From positions 32,628-96,627 of the forward strand of contig CAVREZ010000004.1 of NCBI GenBank assembly GCA_963720285.1: a stretch of DNA of 64,000 nt, written 5' to 3'. This document shows, in pieces, positions 40,295-51,336 of this stretch. Source of the DNA: an uncultured Acidobacteriota bacterium (GTDB lineage Bacteria > Acidobacteriota > Terriglobia > Terriglobales > Acidobacteriaceae). Position numbers and translations under genes: made by a program. Position 1 is the first letter of the stretch; every line of letters starts with the position of its first letter. The notes beneath the pieces were generated by a model, which did not search any database, was not told the DNA's origin, and worked only from the letters and a program-made list of their open reading frames with translations.

Positions 40295-42046
40295 ATGGCT
40301 AAGCAGGTATCGGATCTGATTGTAGAGCGGCTGATTGAGTGGGGAGTAGACACGATTTTCGGATTCCCTGGTGATGGTGTGGACGGCTTTTTCGAGGCGC
40401 TTAGGACGCATCAGGACAAGCTCAGATTCATCCAGGTCCGACATGAAGAGGCGGCAGCGTTTGCCGCGGTTGGGTACGCCAAGTATACGGGGCGGCTCGG
40501 TGTATGCTGCGCCACTTCCGGGCCGGGAGGCGTGCATCTGCTGAACGGGCTCTACGACGCCAAGTGCGATCTGCAACCCGTGCTCGCGATCACCGGACAC
40601 ACCTTCAGCGACCTTATCGGGATGGATTATCAGCAAGATGTCGATCTGGACAAACTGTACATGGATGTTTCCGTATTCAATGAACGGGTGATGGGGTCTG
40701 CTCACGCCGTCAATGTTGTTGATATGGCTGTGCGAACGGCGTATGGCCGCAAAGGGGTAGCGCACATCTGCATTCCTAAGGACATTCAGGAGTGGGAAGT
40801 TACCGACAAGCACCGCAGCGGCGCGAACGTGGCGCATCACAGCGGTGACTGGAGCGTTCCGTCCTCTGCCAAGCCCGCACAGTCGCTGATACAGAAGGCG
40901 GCGGACGTGATCAATAAGGGGTCGAAGGTAACGATCTTTGTGGGACGCGGGGCCTTGGCCTGCCGTGAAGAGGTTTCGCAACTGGCGAAGACAGTGGGTG
41001 GACCAGTAGTGAAAGCGCTGCTGGGAAAGGCTGTGCTTCCCGACCGCAGTCCCTATACGACAGGCGGCCTTGGTCTGCTGGGCACAGCGCCTTCGGTGGA
41101 TGCGATGAAAGAGTGCGACACGCTCATCATGATCGGCACCAGCTATCCGTACATGGAATTTCTACCGGAGCCAGGGCAGGCGAAGTGCGTGCAGATCGAG
41201 ATAGACCCGACGCGCGTGGGCCTTCGCCATCCTGTGGATGTGGGCCTGGTGGGAGATGCGAAGAGCATTCTAACGGCTCTGCTGCCACTGTTGAAACCAA
41301 AGAAGGACAACTTCCTGAAGAAGTCGCAGGACCGGATGAAGAGCTGGTTCGAGTTGATGGAAGAGCGTGGCACACGCAACGATATGCCGATGAAGCCCCA
41401 AGTCGTGACGCACACGTTGAACAAGCTGTTGAACGATGATGCGATTGTCTCTTCCGATAGTGGCACCATCGCCACCTGGACCGCTCGGTATGTGGACATT
41501 CGGGGGGCCATGCAGTTCTCGCTGTCGGGATCGCTGGCTACCATGGCTAACGGTTTGCCGTACAGTATCGGTGCGGCTGTGGCTTATCCGGGGCGGCAAG
41601 TGGTGTGCGTTGTCGGCGACGGTGGACTCACCATGCTGATGGGTGAAATTGCCACTCTCGTGAAGTACAAGCTGCGCGTCTGCGTGATCGTGATTAAGAA
41701 CAATGTGTTGGGACAGATCAAGTGGGAGCAGATGATTCTGGAGGGCAACCCGGAGTTTGGCGTGGAGTTGGAACCAATCGATTTCGCTATGGTTGCGAAT
41801 GCCTGTGGGGCCAGAGGATTCACGATAGAGAGGCCGGAAGAGGCCGAAGGCATTTTGCGTGAGGCGCTGGCCCACCAGGGGCCAACTGTGGTGCAGGCTG
41901 TCGTTGATCCCAGCGAACCCCCAATGCCCGGCAAGATCACCATGGAGCAGACGTTGCACCTTGCCAAAGCTCTGGCGCGCGGGCAGAAGGATGCATTGAA
42001 GATCATCAAGACTATCGGCATCGATAAGTTCCGCGAGGTTCTCTAA
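40295..42046 (+). CDS. ThDP-dependent pyruvate oxidase/dehydrogenase-like enzyme
   Basis: RHEEAAAF, TSGPG, GDGG...NN ThDP-binding motif. Confidence 0.9.
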   Translation: MAKQVSDLIVERLIEWGVDTIFGFPGDGVDGFFEALRTHQDKLRFIQVRHEEAAAFAAVGYAKYTGRLGVCCATSGPGGVHLLNGLYDAKCDLQPVLAITGHTFSDLIGMDYQQDVDLDKLYMDVSVFNERVMGSAHAVNVVDMAVRTAYGRKGVAHICIPKDIQEWEVTDKHRSGANVAHHSGDWSVPSSAKPAQSLIQKAADVINKGSKVTIFVGRGALACREEVSQLAKTVGGPVVKALLGKAVLPDRSPYTTGGLGLLGTAPSVDAMKECDTLIMIGTSYPYMEFLPEPGQAKCVQIEIDPTRVGLRHPVDVGLVGDAKSILTALLPLLKPKKDNFLKKSQDRMKSWFELMEERGTRNDMPMKPQVVTHTLNKLLNDDAIVSSDSGTIATWTARYVDIRGAMQFSLSGSLATMANGLPYSIGAAVAYPGRQVVCVVGDGGLTMLMGEIATLVKYKLRVCVIVIKNNVLGQIKWEQMILEGNPEFGVELEPIDFAMVANACGARGFTIERPEEAEGILREALAHQGPTVVQAVVDPSEPPMPGKITMEQTLHLAKALARGQKDALKIIKTIGIDKFREVL

Positions 42047-42049
42047 GCA

Positions 42050-43002
42050 ATGGCGAATGAACTGTCCCCGACCACGCCGGTGCTGGACATGAAGATTGCC
42101 GCCAATCATATTCGCGAGGGCCGCTTTCAACGTAGCCTCGCGCTGCTCACGGCGGCAACAAGCGTCATCAGCGGCTTGAGGTCGCCTACGAGCACTACCG
42201 GGGAAGTTACAGCCGCCGCGTGATGTATACACCGGTAATCCTGAGCGGCCTGCTGGCCATTGCGGGCGTAGCTGCTTTTTTCAGCCGGCACGCGGCTAGG
42301 ACGGTTCTTCGTCTCGTCTCAGTCGTAACCCTCGTTGATGCACTGGTGGGGTTTTACTTTCACGTGCGCGGCGTCCACCGCAAACCCGGCGGCTGGCGGC
42401 TCCCCATGACCAACATGATCATGGGACCGCCTATCTTCGCGCCGCTTCTGTTCGGCACCAGCGCATACCTTGGATTGATTGCTTCGTACCTTCAGCGCGA
42501 AGAAAGTTCCGGCGCGGCTTCAGCCTCAGGAAAAGACAGCTTCCTCGCGCGGCTGTTGCGCTCTTCTGCAGGTCGCGAGCTTTTGTCCGCTGAGCAGGAC
42601 ATGCGTGAAGGCAAATTTCAGCTGCAGGTTGCCATCGTAACCGGAATCAGCGCGCTACTTAGTGGATTCGAGGCCTACTACTCGCACTACAAGAATAACT
42701 TCCGGTACTGGATGCAATGGTCTCCTGTCGTGATCGCGCCGGTGCTGGCCGGCGTAGCTTTTGGTTCGGTGAAGAACCGCAAGCTAGCCACCACTGCATT
42801 GCCGGCTGTCTCAGTTCTCGCGGGCGCAGACGCCGCCATTGGCTTCTACTATCATGCGCGCGGCATTCTACGCAGGCCTGGCGGAAGGAAGCATCTGCTC
42901 TACAACATCATGTATGGGCCGCCGATCTTTGCCCCTCTTCTGTTTGGAGCTGCGGGAATGCTCGGAGTACTGGCCAGCCTGCTTCGCCGGAGGCGAGCAT
43001 GA
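42050..43002 (+). pseudogene. Internally duplicated membrane protein with a single frameshift near 42177-42180
   Basis: ATG 42050 frame gives IREGRFQRSLALL...SGL; the shifted frame continues EVAYEHYRG; the second half repeats the first (MREGKFQ...FEAYYSHYK; GPPIFAPLLFG twice). Confidence 0.75.
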
Positions 43003-43796
43003 AGTCTCCCTTCGATGGAATAGATCCGGTTCTCTGCCCGCGCGATCCGAAAACCGGCGAGCCGCTTCCGCCGCGATCGCAGTCTGGCTACTATCCCGGC
43101 TTCAGCACCATCTCGCAAAGCCCATTCTGGGATAGCGCTACACGCGAGGTGGTCGACAAGCGGGTAAAACATCCGCCAGAGCGCAAGTTCTTCTCGGCAG
43201 AAGCCTGGAGCTTCTGGACCGCCGTCTTCGCACACTTGATTCCGCAGACCGATCGGACGGTAGATCGGCAGATACCCATCGTTGCCGTTCTCGATCATCG
43301 TCTCGCGACCAACCAGACCGTCGGCTATCGCTACGAATCCATGCCACAAGATCGCGTGGTGTATGAGATCGGTATCGAAGCCATCGACTGTGAAGCAGTA
43401 CATCGTTATGGTGGCAGGTTTCTGATACTGCCATACTTCGAGCAGGACCTGGTGCTCAAGGCGATCCACGACGGAAGGCCTCGAGCCGCACCGGAGATAT
43501 GGAAGTACATGTCGGTGCACCGCTTCTGGCAATTAATCATGGGTGACGCCATCGACGCGTATTACGCGCACCCCTGGGCGTGGGATGAGATAGGCTTCGG
43601 CGGTCCAGCCTACCCGCGCGCGTATGCGCGGCTGGAGCGTGGCGAACCCGAGCCATGGGAAGTGGAAGAGCAGCGCTACGATTGGCTGCCGCCGGCCAAC
43701 TCAGTTTCGGCTGAAGTCGACTCATCGCCGAGCCACCATACCGAATCCGGACAGCATAGTCTTCTCGCTCGTTTATCCAAAGGAGTGAAGCGTTGA
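42999..43796 (+). CDS. Gluconate 2-dehydrogenase subunit 3 family protein
   Basis: YYAHPWAWDEIGFGGPAYPR; directly upstream of a GMC flavoprotein. Confidence 0.8.
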   Translation: MKSPFDGIDPVLCPRDPKTGEPLPPRSQSGYYPGFSTISQSPFWDSATREVVDKRVKHPPERKFFSAEAWSFWTAVFAHLIPQTDRTVDRQIPIVAVLDHRLATNQTVGYRYESMPQDRVVYEIGIEAIDCEAVHRYGGRFLILPYFEQDLVLKAIHDGRPRAAPEIWKYMSVHRFWQLIMGDAIDAYYAHPWAWDEIGFGGPAYPRAYARLERGEPEPWEVEEQRYDWLPPANSVSAEVDSSPSHHTESGQHSLLARLSKGVKR

Positions 43797-45529
43797 AGAA
43801 GCCTCTTCTCAGAGCATTTGAGACGCCGCGCTCGAAGAAGCATATGGTGGGGCCGCTGCAATCGATTCATAACCCAATGCGCTGTTTTCGCGAATACGAA
43901 GAGGTGGATTATGTCATTGTTGGCGTAGGCTCGGCCGGTGGCGTCCTTCTACAGCGGCTGGCGCGCGCTGGCTTTAGAGTGGTCGGGCTGGAGGCCGGTC
44001 CGTTCTGGGATACGGAACACGACTGGGTGAGCGACGAAGCCGGATCGCATGAACTTTATTGGACGGAGCCTCGCGTGACGGGTGGCACCGATCCCCTGGC
44101 GCTCGGAGCCAACAACTGCGGCAAAGGAGTCGGTGGAGGTTCCGTGCACTGGGCCGCATTTACGCCGAGGCTTCATCCTTCCGATTTCGAGGTCTATACA
44201 CGCGATGGCGTCGGCGCCGACTGGCCGATTACATACGACGAGATCAGGCCCTACTACGAGCAGCTTGAGTTGGAGATGCCGGTCGCGGGCCCCGCATACT
44301 ATCCGTGGGGACATCCGCACGGCTATGCCTATGGTCCGCACCCGATGGGCGGCGTGGGTAACGCGCTCATCAAGGGTTGCACCGCATTGAATATTCCTGT
44401 CTCGATCGGAGGGCCGGTCGCTATCCTTTCCGGCTCTCACGGAGACCGCCCGCACTGCATCTATCGTGGTTTCTGCATACAAGGCTGCAAGGTCGGCGCG
44501 AAGGCCAGTACGCTTGTCACCCACGTGCCGGACGCGATCAAGATGGGAGCCGAGATTCGCGATCGCAGCATGGTTTCTCGGATTGAACTCGGCAAGGATG
44601 GACGCGTCTCCGGCGTTCACTACTTCGATATCGACGCTCACTCGCACTTTCAACGTGCGAAAGCGGTCATCGTCTGCGGGTATGCAATCGAAACTCCACG
44701 CCTGCTCTTGAACTCCAAGTGCGCGGGCCACGAGAATGGGCTTGGAAATTCGAGTGGGACACTTGGCCGATACCTAATGGCGCAGGCCGGGAATGTGGTC
44801 ATGGGTCGATTCGAACAGCCTGTGCGCATGTACAAGGCGCCGCCGGCGCAGGCCCTCACGGAAGAGTTTTACGAAACAAATCCGAAGAACGACTTTGCAC
44901 GCGGCTTCGCGATCCAGACGGTTGGGCCGCTGCCGGTCGCATTCGGCAAGCAGATGCTTGCTGCCAAAAAAGCCTGGGGCTGGGGGCTGCGCCGCGAAAT
45001 GATGGACTACAACCACTGGGCGGCATTCGGTTTGTTGGGAGAGATCCTTCCCTGGAAGGATAACTGCGTCACGCTTTCTGAAGACAAAGACCGCTTTGGC
45101 CTGCCCGTGGCGCATGTGACTTTCAATCTCCACGAGAATGATAAGAGGCTGATCAAAGCGGCGAGGGAAAAAACTGAAGAAGTCATGCTGGCTGCAGGAG
45201 CGACTGAAGTGGTGCAAGAGGCACGATACGCACATTTGGTCGGAGCCTGCCGAATGGGGTCAGATCCTCGCACCTCTGCTATCGACAAGTTCGGTCGCAG
45301 CCACGATATTCCGAATCTCTTTGTTTGCGACGGAAGTATATTTCCGACTCAGGGCTCGGCAAATCCAGGACTCACCATCCAGGCCCTGGCCGCGCGCACC
45401 GCGGATTACCTCGTCTCGCAGGGCGAGCGCATTTTCACCAGCAATGAACGTGACATGACTTCGGCGCCGATGCGGCAAGAGCTTGCTCCTCCGGAGACAT
45501 GGGGTAAAGGGGTTCCCCGTCTCAAATAG
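43793..45529 (+). CDS. GMC family oxidoreductase (flavoprotein)
   Basis: GVGSAGG, GVGGGS, CIYRGFCIQGC, HLVGACRMG, NPGLTIQALA. Confidence 0.92.
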   Translation: MKKPLLRAFETPRSKKHMVGPLQSIHNPMRCFREYEEVDYVIVGVGSAGGVLLQRLARAGFRVVGLEAGPFWDTEHDWVSDEAGSHELYWTEPRVTGGTDPLALGANNCGKGVGGGSVHWAAFTPRLHPSDFEVYTRDGVGADWPITYDEIRPYYEQLELEMPVAGPAYYPWGHPHGYAYGPHPMGGVGNALIKGCTALNIPVSIGGPVAILSGSHGDRPHCIYRGFCIQGCKVGAKASTLVTHVPDAIKMGAEIRDRSMVSRIELGKDGRVSGVHYFDIDAHSHFQRAKAVIVCGYAIETPRLLLNSKCAGHENGLGNSSGTLGRYLMAQAGNVVMGRFEQPVRMYKAPPAQALTEEFYETNPKNDFARGFAIQTVGPLPVAFGKQMLAAKKAWGWGLRREMMDYNHWAAFGLLGEILPWKDNCVTLSEDKDRFGLPVAHVTFNLHENDKRLIKAAREKTEEVMLAAGATEVVQEARYAHLVGACRMGSDPRTSAIDKFGRSHDIPNLFVCDGSIFPTQGSANPGLTIQALAARTADYLVSQGERIFTSNERDMTSAPMRQELAPPETWGKGVPRLK

Positions 45530-45767
45530 AAGAAAGTTCGACAAGGTCGATGCCGGTCGCAATCTCCACCTTGGTCTGTCTGCGCGGAGCTTCAGCGATG
45601 ACGTGTTGCGCTGGCTTCTTCATGGGAACGGGTCTGCTCCTCCTGCGGAGGATCTGCTCATCCCATTTATAGGTACTTGTCCCTGCGGTGGACACGCGAC
45701 ATTGATATCTTTGGTTCGGCGACCGTTTCGCGCGTGAGCGCCAAAGTCCTGTAAGTAAGGCAATGCC

Positions 45768-46491
45768 ATGAAGGAAGACGCACACACTTCCGTCAACCGC
45801 AAGCTAGGCGAGTCTGACGAGGCGCCCATTGATTTATCCCATGCAGTCTCGGGTAAGTTCGTCAGTGAGACACTTGCTTATGACCACGGACGGCAGGTCA
45901 CCGTCTACGTGCCATCGAAAAGGCCGGAAGCGATCGTCTTCGCCGGCGACGGTCAGCGAATCTCAAAATGGGGCCGATTGCTTGAGAAAGCCAGCATACC
46001 GTCCACAATGGTGGTTGGCGTACATGGTCTGACCGAAGAAATGCCTCGGCTCCATCGAATACTCGCCGGGCTTTGAACCGGGGCGGTTTGCGGCCCACGA
46101 GCAGTTCTTCGTCGAAGATGTGCGCCGATGGACTAAGTCGCGCTTCGGCGTAGCTTTACCCGCAGAACGCACCGCGATTTTTGGTGTCTCGGCGGGTGGA
46201 GAGCTGGCTCTTGCTCTCGGGCTTCGGCATCCGCAGGTGTACGGTGCGATCCTTTGTGCTTCTCCTGGCGGCGGCTACAAGCCGCCCGCTAATATCCCGT
46301 GCCCAGTTCCACACGCGTACCTTCTCGCCGGTACTCAGGAACCGTTCTTTCTCGACAACGCAAGAAAATGGGCGGAGGCGCTGCACGATGCAGGTGCGGA
46401 TGTCGTCATGCAGGAGCGAGCTGGGTCGCACGGGGGCGCATTCTGGAGAGAAGAGTTTCCTCTGATGGTGGCGTGGGCATTTTTCCGCTAA
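45768..46491 (+). pseudogene. Alpha/beta-hydrolase esterase (Fes-like), frameshifted near 46056
   Basis: RQVTVYVP in the first ORF; removing one base gives RLHEYSPGFEPGRFAAHEQFF joined to the GVSAGG nucleophile motif. Confidence 0.75.
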
Positions 46492-49123
46492 GTCCAACTT
46501 ATTGCACGTCTGCGAACAAATTGAAACGGACGGAGGCCTTTTTCCAGGGCTTTACGAGTGCTCCGCGGCACCGGATGAGTCCTGGTAATGTATGGTCCGC
46601 CGCATGACTGCAAGGGTTAGTTTGATCGAGAAGACAAGTCTGCGGCAATGTATTCGGCCTTTGCAGAAGCCGCTCCTGGCCAGGATGAGTTCTGCTGCGT
46701 GTCCTCAACTTACCCCGGATCCCAGAGGTCAACATAAGTGACCATTACAAATGAACAAGTGCCGCGGTATTCGTGGCTGTCGCATTCGGAGTTGTGAACA
46801 GCCGTGTCTTATCGGGACCGAGCGATCATGTAATGCGAGCTGGCAGAATTGCCACTAGCCGGGGGGAGCATCTTGTATTGCTTTTCCGTGCATCGCCCTT
46901 CGAGTTCGTAGAATGCATGATACTGGCCGAAGCGGATGGGGCTTTTGGGCGCCAGTGATTAACTTCATTTTGTTTGTCTCGGCGACGAGCGGCGCGAAAA
47001 TGGTTATGGGGCAAATCCTCTGGCTGCAGAACTACCTTGAAGTGCGGTTCAAGGGGCATAATTTGGTGGGGGTGGAGTTACACGAGCCGTCCGCGCCCAC
47101 AGGAAAAGCAAGCGGGATGAAGATCGAAGCGAAGCCGACGAATCCCAGAGATTCCGCTTGATCCGGCCGATGTCCAAATTGTTATTGACTTCTCATTGCT
47201 GGCAACGGCAGGACCGTTCTTAACGTTCGAGAGGGTAGCGCCATGGAATTGAAGGCAGATGTTGAACGGTTGTTTCATCAGTTGGCAGATCTCCCTTCGC
47301 AAGAACGGGACCAAATGATGATCAATGAGGGCGTCTCACCAGAAGTCCGTTCGTTTGTGGAGTCTCTGCTGGCGAATGATGGTCCGGCAGAAGATCCTCT
47401 CGAGGCTGTCGTGCAGGGAGCCGTCAATCAGGCGCTTGAATATCCGCTTGCGAAAGATGTGCGCTGCGGACCTTATCGCCTTCTGGACTTGATTGGACAC
47501 GGTGGGATGGGGAGCGTCTACGCGGCCGAACGCGCCGACGGAGAGGTCCGTCAGAAGGTTGCTATCAAGCTGCTCCGAGTGAACATCGATACTCCGAGTT
47601 CACGGCAGTTGTTTCAGAAGGAACGCCAAATCCTTGCGGATCTGGCGCATCCAAATATTGCGCGCCTGCTCGATGTTGGGCACGCTGACGATGGCCGGCC
47701 ATTTTTTGCAATGGAGTATGTGAATGGAACTCCTATCGACGAGTTCTGTAATCAGCTACCCCTACGCCGGCAACTGGAACTTTTCGAGATACTTTGCGGC
47801 ACCGTTGTTTACGCCCATCGAATGCTGGTGATTCACCGCGACATCAAGCCAAGCAATATTCTCGTGGACGCTAATGGCGCTCCGAAGCTGCTTGATTTCG
47901 GAATTGCCAAGCTGCTGGACGAGGCCACTGATTCCACCGTCACCGGGGAGCGCCGCCTTACGCCTCAGTACGCAAGCCCAGAGCAGATCCAGGGTTCGCC
48001 GGTAGGGGCCGCCTCAGATATCTTTTCTCTCGGTGCCCTTCTCTATCGGCTCACCACGGGTAGATCCGCATTCCGGCCGGAAGATTACCCTACACGCTCG
48101 GAGTTGGAACGGGCCGTCTGCCGAGATATCCCACCGCGCCCCAGCCAATGGAACCGGAAGGTGGATAAAGATCTGGATGCCATCATTTCCAAAGCCATGC
48201 GGAAAGAACCGAATGAACGCTACACCAGCACCGATGCATTGCGTGAGGATGTGGGCGCATGGCTAGAGCGTCGACCGGTAAGAGCTCGTCAGGGAGGATG
48301 GTGGTACATAGCGAGGCGGCAGCTTCGGCACTATCGGATTCCGGTGGCGGCCGTCACTCTTACCGTTGCCGGACTAGCTATCGGTTTAGGTATTGCGCTT
48401 CACGAACGAAATTTAGCCCGACGTCGTTTCGACGCCGTTCACAAATTCGCAAACGAGATGCTTCAGGTTGGGAATGACATTCAAGGGTTAGCCGGAGGAG
48501 TACCAGCTCGAGAGCGAATCGTAAAGACGTCGTTGGCCTACTTGGAAGAGTTATCAAAAGATGCCGGCAACGACCTTGATTTGGAGTTGGATGTCGGGAG
48601 TGCCTACCGTGCGGTTGCCGACATTCAGGGGGGCATCCAAAAGGAAAATCTTGGGCAGTCCGACGAAGCGCTGTCGAGCCTCGCTAAGGCAGAAGGATTC
48701 ATAACGGATGTTTGGAAAAAGAGACCCGATGATCCACGTGTAGTTCGGAGACTCATGAACACTGTTGAGACGGAATACCGGTTGGATGAGGGGCTGCATC
48801 GATCACGTGACCTGCATGAAAGAGCTTCAGAACTGAGTTCGCTAGCCCGTCAATATGAACGTGTCGCACCAGACGCCTCGATTAAATGGATTACGCTTGG
48901 ATCGATCTATGATTCGCTTGCACAAGGGTCGGAGCAGATCGGAGAGATTAACGATGGCCTGCAATTCGCAAAGCTGGCCATTCAGTTCGATCAGAAATTA
49001 GCTGACGACAAAAATCTTCGGTTTTCTCAGGGAAACTTGGCTCTGTCGATGGAATCTTACGCAATACTATTGATGTCTAATGGTGATCTTAGCGACGCTC
49101 TTCCGATTATGCGTGAATCACTA

Positions 49124-49986
49124 GAGGCTGTCTCATAAATGTCTGAGGAGCATGTGTAGGCATGCGAGGTGGACGAAGCCGAGGAAGTTTTCGACGTGAT
49201 ATTCCCATCGAGTGACGAGGCGACGGAAGGTATGCATCCAGGCGAAGAGTCGTTCGACCTTCCATCGTCTTCGATAGCGGCGCAGTTTACGTCCGTCCTG
49301 CGTGATCTGTTTTCTTCCTCGCCGGTTGGGTGCGATCATCTCGATGCCGTACTCAGTGGCAAGCTTCCGATCGAGCGGGTCCGAGTCGTAGGCCTTGTCT
49401 CCGATGAGCTTTTCGGGGAGTTCGTCAAGGAAGCTTCCGGCCAGAACGTCTTCCACAAGCTGGCACTCGGCAGGCGAAGCGCTTTCGACAGATACGGCGA
49501 GAGGAAGACTGTTGCCAGCGGCGATAGCGATGATCTTGGTGCCCTTGCCGCGGCGGGTGGGCCCGACGGCAAAGCCCCCTTTTTGGCGCTCGCGAAAGTG
49601 GCATCGACGAACGCTTCATCTAAGTTCAGTTTGCCTTGCGCATGCAGATGCGCAGCCAGCAGCTTCAAGGCCTGCTCCAGTTTGCCGCTGCGGATCCAGT
49701 TCTGGAACCGGCGATGGCAGGTCTGGAACGGTGGATATTTCTCGGGCAGCTCACGCCACTGTGCTCCAGTCCCAAGGACCCACAACAAACCATTGAGAAC
49801 CGCACGCGTATCCTGCCACGGCCGTCCGCGATTGTCCCCGCGACGCACTGGCCGCAACACCGGCTCCACCATTGCCCATTGTTCGTCGTTCAGTTCCCAG
49901 CGTCCCGCCATCAGCGCGTTCGGAGTTGCTCAGAGCATCTCCAGAATGCCACCTATTAACGCTTCAGATGTTTATGAGACTGGTTC
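49124..49986 (-). mobile_element. IS5-family insertion sequence (IS427-like group)
   Basis: Imperfect terminal IRs GAGGCTGTCTCATAAA / TTTATGAGACTGGTTC; TA duplication inside CTAG; two-ORF transposase. Confidence 0.92.
49133..49911 (-). CDS. IS5-family transposase, probably made by programmed frameshifting
   Basis: ELNDEQW, GAQWRELP, VDAT, GDKAYDS, YRRRWKVERLFAW; AAAAAGGGGG slippery site at 49575-49584. Confidence 0.88.
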
Positions 49987-50788
49987 TAGGCATCTTAGAC
50001 AAGATGGCGATCAGTCTCAAGGGTGACTCAGTTCTAACTTCAAATATAGGTAGCGGTCACTCCGATATAGGAACATTGCTGCGGCAAAGGGGCGAATTGT
50101 TGGGCTCTGGCGATGGAAAGGAAGCCATCGCCGAACTCCAAAAAGCTCTTGAATACTTCCGGACAAATATTCGTTTGGATCCATCTGAGCAAGAGGCCCG
50201 GATCAACATTGGCGAGACTGCGGCGGAACTGGGAAGCGCTTTGCAGGAGTCGGATCCGACGGCAGCCCTTGCCGCTTACGATGAAGCGATAGTGGCGCTC
50301 CGTGCGATGCCGGCTGAGAGTTCGCGGCAACATTTTCCCTTGAGCATTGCGCTGAGTCAGTCCGTTCGTCCTCTGTACGCGTTGGGCCGGATCGAAGAAG
50401 GAAATAGGCGGTTAGCCGAGGCAAAGAAACTGACGGCTGCCAATACTGCGGTCGAGGTTAATGATGGTGAGTCTCTAGAGAACCCAACGGAATCCATTTC
50501 CCGTGCGGAGTCCATTTGTCTCGCCTCTGTCGGTCGTTACGGGGATGCTATCCAGGTCAGTCTGAAATGGTTACAAGATGTACGCTCTGTGCGGCCGCCG
50601 GCGCAGCGAAGACTATCAGATGCCTTGACCATCGCCGAGCGATACCAGGAACTCGCTTCGGTATATCGATTGGCGGGGCACGCTGACGAAGCGAGAACCG
50701 CTTTGAAAAAACGCGAGGAATTGCTCGATCCGTGGAGACGTGCGCTTTTGGCCATTCCCACTCAACAATCGCATTGAACAAAGACGTT

Positions 50789-51142
50789 CTAATACTGAAT
50801 TCCGATCGCGGCGGCAACTTTGTCAATATTCATGGCCCCGTAATCAAATACGTGATGGCTGCCATCGCTAAGCGTCAGTGTGCAGCGCTTGCTCAACAGT
50901 GTTTTCGTAACTTCAACGTGTTGAATATCTTTTTTGTCGATATAGAGATATCCTTCGCTGCCCCATTTGACGAAGATCGCCTCCGAGATGAGACCCTTGA
51001 TAGAGACGTCGAACATGGCATCGTAAATCAGTCGATGATTGGTTACAGTCAGTTTGCCATTGTATTTTCCGCCGTTGGGTGGCCGGTAGAAAAGAGACCA
51101 GGTATCAATCGCGGTTTCGCCGGGTTGGAGTGTGATTTTCAT
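50789..51142 (-). CDS. Small PH/GRAM-like domain protein (paralog 1)
   Basis: LQPGE...GKLTVTNHRLIY...IDKKDIQHVEV pattern; similar to 54064-54447. Confidence 0.65.
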   Translation of the reverse strand: MKITLQPGETAIDTWSLFYRPPNGGKYNGKLTVTNHRLIYDAMFDVSIKGLISEAIFVKWGSEGYLYIDKKDIQHVEVTKTLLSKRCTLTLSDGSHHVFDYGAMNIDKVAAAIGIQY

Positions 51143-51336
51143 AAGTACCTTTCTTTTGAGAAGCTGGGTAGATGGAAGCCCAACTCCCTGCGGCCGCCTC
51201 ACCCACAACTGAGCTGAAACGCGGGCGGGCGTCAGGATGAAATTAGATCTCCCACTATTTCCATGCGAAAAGATGCGAGGGATTTACCTTAGCCGGCCAT
51301 TATTTTTTGCGTGGAGCCGCAGCTAGCATGTGAACT

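Larger units (their letters stand above)
47243..50777 (+). pseudogene. Membrane Ser/Thr (Hanks) protein kinase with TPR-like C-terminus, interrupted by an IS
   Basis: GHGGMG, VAIK, HRDIKPSN, DFG, YASPEQ, TM segment; removing the IS restores the frame (..ESL|GILDK..), giving about 889 aa. Confidence 0.88.

Noticed and set aside
40085-44731. Long minus-strand ORFs (298, 320, 210 and 260 aa)
   Set aside because: Antisense shadows of well-supported plus-strand genes in GC-rich coding DNA
46500-47240. Short ORFs or an ncRNA upstream of the kinase
   Set aside because: No recognisable motif, RBS or stable structure could be supported
49169-50026. 285-aa plus-strand ORF inside the IS
   Set aside because: Antisense shadow of the transposase
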